Shown here piece by piece: positions 20,808 through 30,258 of a DNA stretch of 64,000 nucleotides. Position numbers and translations under genes: made by a program. The first letter of the stretch is position 1, and the number at the start of each line of letters is the position of its first letter. Below the pieces are notes generated by a model. It had not been told where the DNA came from. It searched no databases and worked only from the letters and a program-made list of their open reading frames with translations. The DNA is from Candidatus Levyibacteriota bacterium. Its GTDB lineage: Bacteria > Patescibacteriota > Microgenomatia > Levybacterales > UBA12049. The stretch lies in the NCBI GenBank assembly GCA_003173895.1, contig PJMG01000021.1, forward strand, positions 12,274 to 76,273. Direction: 5' to 3'.

Positions 20808-21779
20808 TCAAATAGAGCTTAATTTTTTTTGCCATTCCCATGCAGTTTTAATAATGGTTTCTAAATCAGAATACTGTGGATTAAAACCTAATATTGTTTT
20901 TGCTTTTATATTATCTGCGTAAATCTTAGGTGGATCACCGGGTCTTCTAGGACCATATTTAATTTTTAAATCAATACCTGTTACTGTTTTTATAGTATCA
21001 ACTATTTGCTTATTAGAATATCCGTTACCTGTTCCTAAGTTAAAAGAATCATTTTTAACGTCACCTTTTAATTTTTCTAAAGCTTGGAGATGAGCAATTG
21101 CTAAATCCTGAACGTGAATGTAATCCCTTATACACGTTCCATCAGGAGTTGGATAATCATTCCCAAATATTGTAAATTCAGCATTGCTTTTGGCTGCTTT
21201 TAAAGCAAGTGGAATTATATGAGTCTCTGGATTATGATTTTCTCCAAGTGACGCATCAAGGGCTGCTCCACAAGCATTAAAATAACGAAGATTAATATAG
21301 TTAATATCATAAAGTTTACTATACCAATTTAATATTGTTTCAAACATTAATTTGGATTCTCCATAAACACTTTCTGGATGTTTTGGTGAATTTTCAGTAA
21401 CAGGGAGTTTATCTGGAGTACCATATAAAGCACATGTTGAAGAAAAAATAATTGAGGGAATCTTTAATTCCTTCATTAATTCGAGCAAATTTAATCCTCC
21501 TTGGATATTAGCACGAAAATATTTATAAGGGTTTTGCATTGATTCACCAGCTAATGCATAAGCAGCAAAATGAATCACAGCTTCAAATGATTGTCCTTTA
21601 AAACTATTAAACAAATTTTCCTTATCTGTTAGATCATTAATAACTAAAGGGCAAGTTACTGCTTCTTTATGACCGTATTCTAAATTATCAAGAACTGTAA
21701 CCTCATGACCTTTTTCTAAAAGTAGTTTAGTAGTGATACTTCCTATATATCCTGCACCACCTGTAAGAAGAATTTTCAT
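20808..21779 (-). CDS. galE: UDP-glucose 4-epimerase
   Basis: Carries MKILLTGGAGYIGS...YGESKLMFE (GxxGxxG plus YxxxK). It is 323 aa with GalE-like sequence throughout. Confidence 0.8.
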   Translation of the reverse strand: MKILLTGGAGYIGSITTKLLLEKGHEVTVLDNLEYGHKEAVTCPLVINDLTDKENLFNSFKGQSFEAVIHFAAYALAGESMQNPYKYFRANIQGGLNLLELMKELKIPSIIFSSTCALYGTPDKLPVTENSPKHPESVYGESKLMFETILNWYSKLYDINYINLRYFNACGAALDASLGENHNPETHIIPLALKAAKSNAEFTIFGNDYPTPDGTCIRDYIHVQDLAIAHLQALEKLKGDVKNDSFNLGTGNGYSNKQIVDTIKTVTGIDLKIKYGPRRPGDPPKIYADNIKAKTILGFNPQYSDLETIIKTAWEWQKKLSSI

Positions 21780-21871
21780 AAAATAATTATAGCATTTTTT
21801 TAAAAAAATAGAGAGAAAATTTATTTCATCTGGATTTACTTTTGACTGTAGTGTAGAATATTTTTAAATTA

Positions 21872-22564
21872 ATGAAAAATATTCTAAATGAAAAACCACT
21901 GACTAAATTAATTGGTAGATTAAAATATACAGCAAAATTTGTAAAAGATTCTGATTTAAAAAACAAAAAAGTATTAGATATTGGTTGTGGATATGGATGG
22001 TTTGAACTTAACGTGTTAAAAAGGAGAGTAAAACAAGTTGCTGGTATCGATGTAACTTCTAAAGATTTAAGTACTGCCAAAAATCATGTAAAAAATAAGA
22101 AAGCAGTTTTTAAAGTGGGTGGAGCACTTAAAATACCTTTTAAATCTAATTATTTCGATACAGTAGTTTCATGGGAAGTTATAGAACATATTCCTAAAAA
22201 TACAGAAGATGTAATGTTTAAAGAAATAAATAGAGTTTTAAAAAAGAAAGGTAAGTTTTATTTATCCACACCATATGATTCATTTCTATCAAAATATTTT
22301 GATCCAGCTTGGTGGTTAATACAGCATAGACACTATTCCAAGAATAAGTTAATTAAATTAGGACAAGACCATAATTTTAAAGTGTTAGAAATATCTATAA
22401 AAGGTAAATTTTGGAGTTTAATTGGACTTCTAAATATGTATATCTCTAAATGGCTTTTTAGACAACCATTATTTATGAGAGACGAAATTGAAAATAAAAT
22501 AGATGCAGAATATAAAGAAAAAGGTGGATTTATTGGTATATTTATAAAATATGAAAAAAAATGA
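21872..22564 (+). CDS. class I SAM-dependent methyltransferase (Methyltransf_11-like)
   Basis: Carries the SAM-binding motif VLDIGCGYGWF. 230 aa. Confidence 0.7.
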   Translation: MKNILNEKPLTKLIGRLKYTAKFVKDSDLKNKKVLDIGCGYGWFELNVLKRRVKQVAGIDVTSKDLSTAKNHVKNKKAVFKVGGALKIPFKSNYFDTVVSWEVIEHIPKNTEDVMFKEINRVLKKKGKFYLSTPYDSFLSKYFDPAWWLIQHRHYSKNKLIKLGQDHNFKVLEISIKGKFWSLIGLLNMYISKWLFRQPLFMRDEIENKIDAEYKEKGGFIGIFIKYEKK

Positions 22565-23436
22565 TTAAAATTATACTATTTGGTTCTAATGGTTTTATTG
22601 GAGAAAATATATATAAATATTTTAGTAAAATTAAAGAATATCAAGTTTATGCTCCTTCTAGAAAAGAGTGTGATTTATTAAAGACTAAAAAAGTTAAAGA
22701 TTACATAAAAAAAATAAATCCTGAGATAATTATTAATGCTGCTTACATAGAAGTAAATTCTAACGTTAAACCAACTAGAAAGTATTTAAATGAAAATTTA
22801 AAAATCCCATTAAACATTTTAAAAGCTTCCAAAAATTATAAAAATATTAAGAGAATAATTTTTTTTGGTTCTGGACTAGAATATGGAGATTCTAAAAAAC
22901 CTATAGATGAAAATCATAAAGTAAATCCTAAAAATTATTATGCATATACTAAAGTTATTTGTTCTCAAGAATCTTTTAAATATGCTAAGAAGTTTAATTT
23001 ACCACTTATTTTAATAAGGCCATTTAATCTTTATGGTCCATTCGATAATAAAAGTGTTATTCATTACTTAATTAAATCAACACTTGAAAATAAAGAAATC
23101 TCTGCAACTACAGGTGAGCAAATAAGAGATTTTATGTATATTGAAGATTTAATTAATTTAATGGAAAAAGTAGTTATAAATGAAAATATTAAGAATTTAG
23201 AAATTTTTAATGCCGGATTTGGAAAAGGAATTTCGCTTAAAAATGTAACTAAAAATATTTGTAAGATTAATAAATTTAAAAAGAAGATAAAAATTTTGCC
23301 ATATAGAAAAAATGAATATTTTTATCAAATAGCAAATATTAATAAAGCTAAAAAATTATTAAAATGGGAACCGAAAACAACATTTAAAATTGGTATAAAA
23401 AAAACTATTGACTGGATAAAAGCAGTTGAGCTTTAA
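22561..23436 (+). CDS. NAD(P)-dependent epimerase/reductase (GDP-fucose synthase / dideoxyhexose 4-reductase-like SDR)
   Basis: Carries ILFGSNGFIGENI, YAYTKV (YxxxK) and RPFNLYGPFD. Its 291-aa length matches Fcl/ColC/RfbJ-type enzymes. Confidence 0.55.
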   Translation: MIKIILFGSNGFIGENIYKYFSKIKEYQVYAPSRKECDLLKTKKVKDYIKKINPEIIINAAYIEVNSNVKPTRKYLNENLKIPLNILKASKNYKNIKRIIFFGSGLEYGDSKKPIDENHKVNPKNYYAYTKVICSQESFKYAKKFNLPLILIRPFNLYGPFDNKSVIHYLIKSTLENKEISATTGEQIRDFMYIEDLINLMEKVVINENIKNLEIFNAGFGKGISLKNVTKNICKINKFKKKIKILPYRKNEYFYQIANINKAKKLLKWEPKTTFKIGIKKTIDWIKAVEL

Positions 23437-23457
23437 TATAGTATAAAATAAATTCTT

Positions 23458-24234
23458 ATGAAGACGATTATACTCTCGGGTGGTTTGGGTTACAGACTTA
23501 AAGAAGAGACAGAATTTAAACCAAAGCCAATGGTAAATATTGGTGGTAAACCAATACTTTGGCACATCATGAAAATTTATTCTCATTATGGATTTAATGA
23601 ATTTATTATTGCATTAGGTTATAAAGGAGATTATGTTAAACAATATTTTTTAAATCAAAAACAATTGATTCATGATTTTACACTTCATACTAAAACCGGT
23701 TTTACTAAAATTCATAAAAAGGGTAAAAATAATTTAGATGATTTTAAAATTACATTTGTGAATACAGGAGAAGAAACATTACCTGGAGAAAGAATATTAA
23801 AATTAAAAAATTATATATCTAAAGAGGATGATATGTTCATGGTAACTTATGGAGACGGTGTTTCAGATATAAATATAAAAGAATTAATAAGATTTCATAA
23901 AAAACAAAAAACCATAGGAACAATTACAGGTGTTCATCCAAAGAGTAAATATGGTTTATTACACTTTGGTAACAATAACGTCGTCTCTGATTTTATTGAA
24001 AAACCTGTTTTAAAAGAACGAACTAATGGCGGATTTATGGTTTTTAATAAAAAGTTTTTTAATTATTTAAAACCAGGTGAGTTAGAACATGAAGGACTAA
24101 AAAGATTAGTAAAAGAAAAACAACTATCTGTATATATACATGATGGATTTTGGCATTCTATGGATACATATAATGATGTAGATGATTTGAATAAACTCTG
24201 GAAAGAAAATCCCAGATGGAAAGTGTGGAAATAG
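23458..24234 (+). CDS. rfbF: glucose-1-phosphate cytidylyltransferase
   Basis: MKTIILSGGLGYRLKEETEFKPKPMVNIGGKPILWHIMKIYSHYGFNEFIIALGYKGDYVKQYF is a near-canonical RfbF N-terminus. 258 aa. Confidence 0.8.
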   Translation: MKTIILSGGLGYRLKEETEFKPKPMVNIGGKPILWHIMKIYSHYGFNEFIIALGYKGDYVKQYFLNQKQLIHDFTLHTKTGFTKIHKKGKNNLDDFKITFVNTGEETLPGERILKLKNYISKEDDMFMVTYGDGVSDINIKELIRFHKKQKTIGTITGVHPKSKYGLLHFGNNNVVSDFIEKPVLKERTNGGFMVFNKKFFNYLKPGELEHEGLKRLVKEKQLSVYIHDGFWHSMDTYNDVDDLNKLWKENPRWKVWK

Positions 24235-24247
24235 TATTATTTTAAAT

Positions 24248-25351
24248 ATGGGAAATTTATTAATCAACGAAGTAGAAAAAAAAGATATTGAATATATTCT
24301 TAAAAACGCTAAAGAAGAATTTAAAATATTATCAGGTAATAAAGTTCTATTAACAGGTGCAAATGGATTTTTAGGTTACTATTTAATCAAATCAATACTA
24401 ACTTGGAATATAGAAAATCCTAAAAATAAAATTCAACTTTTTGCTTTAAGCACATTTAATTCTGGGATTCCTAAATGGATAAAATTTGCTTTAAAAACAA
24501 CAAATTTAAAAGTTCTTAAAAAAGATATAACTAAATTTAAAATTCCTACTAATTTAAAATTTGATTATATAATTCATGCAGCTTCTATTGCGTCTCCAAC
24601 TTTTTATAGACTTCATCCAATTGAAACTATTAACGCAAATGTTCAAGGTTTATATTTAATTTTAGACTATATGATAAGAAGAAAAAAAACATCACAACCT
24701 GTAAAAGGATTATTGTTTTTCTCAACTAGTGAAATCTATGGAAATCCAACTCTAGGGAACGTGCCAACTCCAGAAACCTATAATGGTAATACTTCTTGTA
24801 CTGGACCTAGAGCTTGTTATGATGAATCAAAAAGATTTTGTGAAACATTATGTGTTAACTACTCACAAGTACATAAGTTACCTATAAAAGTTGCTAGACC
24901 TTTTAATAATTATGGTCCGGGATTGAAAATCAACGATAAAAGAGTAATTCCTGATTTCGCAACTAATATTTTAAATAATCATGATATAGTTATGCTATCT
25001 GATGGTGCGCCCACTAGAACTTTTTGTTATGTTACTGATGCACTTATTGGGTACATTAAGATATTAATTAAAGGTAAAGATGGTGAAGCTTATAATATAG
25101 GTGTAGAAACACCTGAAATTTCCATGAAAAATTTGGCAATAAAAATGAAAAATTTAGGAGAAAAACATTTTAAATACAAAGGCAAAGTTATTACTGGAAA
25201 AAGTAAAGATGAAAACTATTTAACAGATAACCCACAACGTCGATGTCCTAATATTCAAAAAGCAAAAAAAAGATTAAATTATAAGCCTTCTGTTACACTT
25301 GCGGAGGGATTAATGAGTATTTTAACTTGGTATAAAGAAACATCATTATGA
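24248..25351 (+). CDS. UDP-glucuronate decarboxylase-like SDR (UXS/ArnA-decarboxylase family)
   Basis: YDESKRFCETLCVNY...KVARPFNNYGPG and DNPQRRCPNIQKAKKRLNYKP closely follow UXS motifs (YDEGKR...RIFNTYGP; DDPxxRxPDIxKAK). It overlaps the ugd start by 4 nt. Confidence 0.62.
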   Translation: MGNLLINEVEKKDIEYILKNAKEEFKILSGNKVLLTGANGFLGYYLIKSILTWNIENPKNKIQLFALSTFNSGIPKWIKFALKTTNLKVLKKDITKFKIPTNLKFDYIIHAASIASPTFYRLHPIETINANVQGLYLILDYMIRRKKTSQPVKGLLFFSTSEIYGNPTLGNVPTPETYNGNTSCTGPRACYDESKRFCETLCVNYSQVHKLPIKVARPFNNYGPGLKINDKRVIPDFATNILNNHDIVMLSDGAPTRTFCYVTDALIGYIKILIKGKDGEAYNIGVETPEISMKNLAIKMKNLGEKHFKYKGKVITGKSKDENYLTDNPQRRCPNIQKAKKRLNYKPSVTLAEGLMSILTWYKETSL

Positions 25352-26682
25352 AAATAACAATAATTGGTACTGGTTATGTTGGACTTGTTACTGGTGTTTC
25401 CTTAGCTGCACTAGGACATAAAGTATATGTAGTAGGTCGTGATAAAAGTAAAATAGATAAAATTAATGCTGGGAATTCCCCTTTTTATGAACCTGGTTTA
25501 GATATTTTGTTAAAAAAAGTATTATCTAAAAAATTATTGCAGGCAACTGTAGATTTAGAAAAAAGTGTTATAACTTCAAAAGTTGTTATTATAGCTGTGG
25601 GTACACCCACTGCTGATAATAAAATTGATTTATCTCAAATAATTAAATCTTCAGAACAAATTGGTTCTGCTATAAAGAAAAGTAAAGATTATAAAGTAGT
25701 TGCTGTTAAATCTACAGTAGTGCCAACAACGACAGAAAAAGTAGTTAAGCCTCAAATTGAAAAATTATCTGGTAAAAAAATTGGTAAATTTGGTCTTTGT
25801 ATGAATCCTGAGTTTTTAAGAGAAGGACAAGCAGTAGAAGATGCTACAAAACCCGATAGAGTAGTAATTGGAGCTTATGATAAAAAAAGTGCAGAAGTTT
25901 TTCTAAAAATTTATCAAAAAGTTAAAACTCCCAAACTTATTACTAATTTACGTACTGCAGAAATGACTAAATATGCATCCAATGCTCTCTTTGCTACATT
26001 AATCAGCTACAGTAACGAAATAGCCAGAATTTGTGAAGGAATTGGAGATGTGGATGCAAAAGAAATATGGGATGGAGTTCATTTAGATAAAAGGCTTACT
26101 CCGATAGTTGGAAGAAAAAGAATAAGACCAGCAGTTAATAGTTTCATTTTTTCAGGATGTGGATATGGAGGTAGTTGTTTTCCTAAGGATACTAAAGCCC
26201 TAGCGCATTTTGCTCAAGGTATAGGAGTTGAACCACAAATAATTAAAAATGTAATTGAAGTTAATAGAACACAACCTGAAAGGATGGTTAAATTGCTTAA
26301 AAGTGTGATAAAAAACCTAAAAAACAAAAAAATAGCTATTTTAGGATTATCATTTAAACCAGAAACTGATGATTTAAGAGAATCTCCTTCAATTCCAGTA
26401 ATAAAAATGTTGTTAAAAGAAAATGCAAATGTTATAGCGCATGATCCAGCAGTTAAAGAAATAAAAGGTCTAAATATAAATTTTGCTAAAACCATAAAAG
26501 ATGCAATTAATAATGCTGATGCTATTTTACTTATGACCGCTTGGAATGAGTATAAAAAAATAAAACCAGAACTATTTAAGAAAATGACGACTAAACCACT
26601 ATTAATAGATGGGAGAAGAATTTTTGATAAGAAAGAATTTACTGATGCAGGAGTAATATATAAAGGAATAGGACTTAGTTAA
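25348..26682 (+). CDS. ugd: UDP-glucose 6-dehydrogenase (nucleotide-sugar dehydrogenase family)
   Basis: Carries MKITIIGTGYVGLVTG (Rossmann) and the catalytic Cys motif GGSCFPKDTKAL. 444 aa. Confidence 0.8.
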   Translation: MKITIIGTGYVGLVTGVSLAALGHKVYVVGRDKSKIDKINAGNSPFYEPGLDILLKKVLSKKLLQATVDLEKSVITSKVVIIAVGTPTADNKIDLSQIIKSSEQIGSAIKKSKDYKVVAVKSTVVPTTTEKVVKPQIEKLSGKKIGKFGLCMNPEFLREGQAVEDATKPDRVVIGAYDKKSAEVFLKIYQKVKTPKLITNLRTAEMTKYASNALFATLISYSNEIARICEGIGDVDAKEIWDGVHLDKRLTPIVGRKRIRPAVNSFIFSGCGYGGSCFPKDTKALAHFAQGIGVEPQIIKNVIEVNRTQPERMVKLLKSVIKNLKNKKIAILGLSFKPETDDLRESPSIPVIKMLLKENANVIAHDPAVKEIKGLNINFAKTIKDAINNADAILLMTAWNEYKKIKPELFKKMTTKPLLIDGRRIFDKKEFTDAGVIYKGIGLS

Positions 26683-26684
26683 TA

Positions 26685-27917
26685 TTATTTTTTAGAATTT
26701 AAAAAAGGATCTAAGAATTTTGCAAATGTAGATTCTAATTTATCTAAATGTTTTTCTTCCATGCCATGATGGCAGCCTACTAAAAGTCCTCTCTCCATAA
26801 TACCATCAGTAATTGGATATCCACCCTTTATAGCTTTATGTTTAATTTTTTTAAAACCAGGTTGTTTTAATATATTACCAGTAAAAATTGGACGTGTTTG
26901 AATATTATTCCCTTCAAGATATTTAACTAATTGAATTCTAGTAAAAGGAGTATTTTTTTTAAGTGTAATTGGAAAATTCATCCACTGTGTATCGACTTCT
27001 TTATTTTGTGTAGGAAGAACTAAAAATTTTCCATATTTTTCTAAGAATTTATGTAAACGGGCAAAATTTCTTTCTCTTATCTTTTTAAATTTTGGTAATT
27101 TATCTAATTGAACGTTCCCAAAAGCAGCACACATTTCATTTCCATGTAAGTTATATCCAATATCATCAAAAATGAATTTTGCATCATATTGCAAACCATT
27201 TAATTTATAAGATAGTCTTTTTTCAATACTTTCTGATTCGCTAAAAAGTGAGGAACTTCGTCCCCAGCCTCGAAGTATTCTAGTTTTATCATAAAATTCC
27301 TTTTTATTCATCATAATCATTCCTCCATTACCTCCAGTTGTTATTATGTGTGCTCCAAAAAAACTAGTTGTAGTTAAATCTGTATAACTGCCGGTGGGTT
27401 TTCCTTTATAAGTAGCTCCAAAAGTGTCACAAGAATCTTCAACAAAATACAAATTATGTTTTTTAGCAATCTTTGCTAATTTTTCCATATCAGGTACGTT
27501 ACCGAATAGAAGTGGTACCATAATAGCTTTAGTTCTTTTCGTAATCAATTGTTCAACCTTATCTGCATCAATTATATATTTACCTTCAATTATTTCTGCA
27601 AAAACAGGAATTAACCCTTTTTGTATTAATGGAGCAACTGTAGTAGAGAAAGTGAGTATTGGAGTTATAACTTCTGATCCCTTAGGTAAATTAAGTATTT
27701 CAAATGCTAATAGATTGGCCGAAGAACCTGAGTTAACAAAAACTCCATATTTTTTACCAAAAGATTTAGGAACTCTATTTTCGAATTCATGGACTTCTTG
27801 TCCCATATTAGTTCTATGTTCTCTTAAAACCTTTAAAACTCTTTCCTCTTCTTTATCATCATGAACAGCCATTGCATATGTAATTCTTAAACTTGTAGGA
27901 TCTATAGCTTTTTTCAT
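26685..27917 (-). CDS. DegT/DnrJ/EryC1/StrS-family PLP/PMP enzyme with His replacing the Schiff-base Lys (sugar 3-dehydratase-like, ColD/E1-type)
   Basis: Family motifs are present (GSSANLLAFEIL, VEDSCDTFGATY). The conserved SFHxxK segment reads SFFGAH-IITTGGNGG, so His occupies the Lys position. There is no Cys cluster for an Fe-S centre. Confidence 0.65.
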   Translation of the reverse strand: MKKAIDPTSLRITYAMAVHDDKEEERVLKVLREHRTNMGQEVHEFENRVPKSFGKKYGVFVNSGSSANLLAFEILNLPKGSEVITPILTFSTTVAPLIQKGLIPVFAEIIEGKYIIDADKVEQLITKRTKAIMVPLLFGNVPDMEKLAKIAKKHNLYFVEDSCDTFGATYKGKPTGSYTDLTTTSFFGAHIITTGGNGGMIMMNKKEFYDKTRILRGWGRSSSLFSESESIEKRLSYKLNGLQYDAKFIFDDIGYNLHGNEMCAAFGNVQLDKLPKFKKIRERNFARLHKFLEKYGKFLVLPTQNKEVDTQWMNFPITLKKNTPFTRIQLVKYLEGNNIQTRPIFTGNILKQPGFKKIKHKAIKGGYPITDGIMERGLLVGCHHGMEEKHLDKLESTFAKFLDPFLNSKK

Positions 27918-28079
27918 GTAATTAAAATTATAGAAAGATTAAATGATCTTTACAAGATATCATTTATATTCTATGAATTATAATTCACTTTTGATACTAT
28001 AGTGAATATTAATAAAATTAAGGAGTAATTAAAGTTATATACTGATTTTAAAAAAATCTTAGAGAAAATAAATTTAAAA

Positions 28080-29117
28080 ATGAAAAAAATTAGCCTTTGT
28101 GTTACAGGGTATAAACGTCCTGATACTTTGAAACAACTTATTAATTCATATTTAAAACAAGATTATTCTAATAAAGAACTTATAATTTCAGATAACACAC
28201 CGGATGATACTGTTAAAAAGGCCGTACTCTCATATGAGAATAAATCAATTAAATACTTTCATAATAAAATAAATTTAGGAGTTGCTAGAAATATACTAGC
28301 TTCTATGGAAAGAGCCACTGGAGATTATTTAATTTTATTAGGTGATGATGATGCACTTCTTAATACACATGTTTTGTCAGAATATGTTAAAACTTTTGAT
28401 TCTCATCCAAAAGTAGGCTTTATATATAGTAATATGATTCAATTCTCTAATGATTTAAAAGTTCAATATATTATAAATTTTACAAATAAAAATAAACTTT
28501 TTAAAAAAGGTGAAAGTGCCATGAATAATATTTTAATTAGATCTATATTTATTGGAGGAATTGGAATCAGAAATATAAAATCGCAGTTTAAATTCTATCC
28601 TACTAAGAAGATGTTACATCCACAAGTAGAATTTATTGGAAATATTATAAATAATTATGATGCTTTTTTACTTGCAAAGAATAATATTGCTTTTAGATCT
28701 CATGAAGACCAAATAATATTTAGAGCATTAAAAGATAAGCAGGAAAGACAAGGAGGAGCTCATATGACTGTAGAGATCCCAGAAGTTTTTGAACTGTTAA
28801 CTAAAAAATATAAGTTAAACTTGAATACAGATTTAATTGTAAAGCAATTAATAGATTTACAAACAGTAATGATGCTTAAAGAAAAAAGTATCTTGGGAAA
28901 TGAGTTGATGGAAGAAAATTATAAAAAATTTTCATCACAATTTAATGTAGTTAGAAATTCTAAAAAATTTAAACTATATTTTATTCTAGCAAAAATAATT
29001 CCTGGGGAATTTATTAAAATTATTAGATTGTTAACATTAAATCTAATACCTTTTACAAATAAAACTAAATATAAAGAATTTGAAGAAAAATTAAAATTCA
29101 TGTTATCTACTCAATAA
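28080..29117 (+). CDS. GT2 family glycosyltransferase
   Basis: Carries ISLCVTGYKRPDTLKQLINSYLKQDYSNKELIISDNTPDD and an LGDDD motif. Confidence 0.62.
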   Translation: MKKISLCVTGYKRPDTLKQLINSYLKQDYSNKELIISDNTPDDTVKKAVLSYENKSIKYFHNKINLGVARNILASMERATGDYLILLGDDDALLNTHVLSEYVKTFDSHPKVGFIYSNMIQFSNDLKVQYIINFTNKNKLFKKGESAMNNILIRSIFIGGIGIRNIKSQFKFYPTKKMLHPQVEFIGNIINNYDAFLLAKNNIAFRSHEDQIIFRALKDKQERQGGAHMTVEIPEVFELLTKKYKLNLNTDLIVKQLIDLQTVMMLKEKSILGNELMEENYKKFSSQFNVVRNSKKFKLYFILAKIIPGEFIKIIRLLTLNLIPFTNKTKYKEFEEKLKFMLSTQ

Positions 29118-29123
29118 GTCATT

Positions 29124-30251
29124 ATGAATATTTTAATGTTTTATAACCATCTTCATTCTCTTGATCCTGTTATTTATAAATATTTAAGAAAACAAGCAAA
29201 AATATTTACTATCTCTAAAAATAAAACTAGCGATTTTTTTATAAATAAAGATGATAATGTTAATAACAAAAAATTTAGCTCCTTTTTAAAGAAAAATAAA
29301 ATTTCTTATTTTTTATATTCAGAAAATAGTTCTTATATTCCTGATTTTTTAAATTTATTACCTAAGGAAGTTATAAAAGTAATGTTTCTTATAGATACTC
29401 ATATAAGTATTAAAAGGAGACTGCCATATTTTTCACTATTTGATTTAATATTGCTTGTAAATTTTGAACAAAAAGAAAAATTATTAAAATACAATCCTAA
29501 CATTGAAGGGCTTTTATATGGTGGAGATACAGAAACATTTTATAAAATTAACAAGTCCAAAAAAATATATAATATTACATTCGACGGAAATATTATTCCT
29601 TGGGTACATTTTCAACGTTTTATAATTTTACTTTATTTAAAAATAAATGAAATTCCAATTTTTTACACTAGCGCTAAATATAACCAATTAAATAGTATTT
29701 ATAATCAAACAAAAATTCTTCTTAACAGAAGTCCTATGGGTGGGTGGAATATGCGTTTGTTTGAAGTTTTGTCATCAGGGACTTTTTTATTAACAGATAA
29801 AACTAATAACGATATTCCCAAGATTTTTATAGATAAAAAATATTTAGTTTATTATGAATCACTTTCAGATTTAAAAAATAAAATTGAATATTATTTAACT
29901 CATGAAAAAGAAAGAAAAAAAATCGCTAATGCTGGATATAATTTTGTTAGAAAGAATTATTCTTGGGAGATGCAAATAAAAAAAATGCTTAAAATTTTTT
30001 ATGAATTTAAATTTAAAGAATTTAAAAGAGAACCATATTATTTATCATTATTTAAACTTAATACTTTTTCATTTAGGAATAAAAATATTGCTTTAAGAGA
30101 CCTAAATTTGTCTATTAAAAATAATGAGATTGATAAATATAAATATATTTATTATAGAAGTATTTGTATAATTTACCTCACAACTACTTCTATAATTATA
30201 GACATACTTAATTATTTCAGAATTAATGCAATTAAATTCTTTCAAAGATAA
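29124..30251 (+). CDS. CgeB-like glycosyltransferase-domain protein (Glyco_trans_1_2-like C-terminal domain)
   Basis: The C-terminal MRLFEVLSSGTFLLTDKT...YYESLSDLKNKIEYYLTHEKERKKIANAGYNFV resembles the CgeB/DUF3880 family. Confidence 0.4.
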   Translation: MNILMFYNHLHSLDPVIYKYLRKQAKIFTISKNKTSDFFINKDDNVNNKKFSSFLKKNKISYFLYSENSSYIPDFLNLLPKEVIKVMFLIDTHISIKRRLPYFSLFDLILLVNFEQKEKLLKYNPNIEGLLYGGDTETFYKINKSKKIYNITFDGNIIPWVHFQRFIILLYLKINEIPIFYTSAKYNQLNSIYNQTKILLNRSPMGGWNMRLFEVLSSGTFLLTDKTNNDIPKIFIDKKYLVYYESLSDLKNKIEYYLTHEKERKKIANAGYNFVRKNYSWEMQIKKMLKIFYEFKFKEFKREPYYLSLFKLNTFSFRNKNIALRDLNLSIKNNEIDKYKYIYYRSICIIYLTTTSIIIDILNYFRINAIKFFQR

Positions 30252-30258
30252 ATAAAAT

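Noticed and set aside
21826-22080. 84-aa minus-strand ORF overlapping the start of the methyltransferase gene.
   Set aside because: It overlaps the divergent promoter region and the 5' end of a motif-supported SAM methyltransferase. The translation is low complexity.
24248-25351. Calling this SDR a CDP-glucose 4,6-dehydratase (RfbG) to complete an RfbF-RfbG-RfbH dideoxyhexose pathway.
   Set aside because: Motifs (YDESKR...VARPFNNYGP; DNPQRRCPNIQKAKK) match the UXS/ArnA-decarboxylase family far better than RfbG (TGHTGFKG type). The 4-nt overlap with ugd also fits a UDP-GlcA-utilising enzyme.
27424-27864. 146-aa plus-strand ORF inside the minus-strand DegT-like gene. Similar internal or alternative-frame ORFs occur at 44063..44272 and 62138..62320.
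   Set aside because: Each lies entirely within a strongly supported conserved CDS on the other strand or frame, and no motif is recognised.
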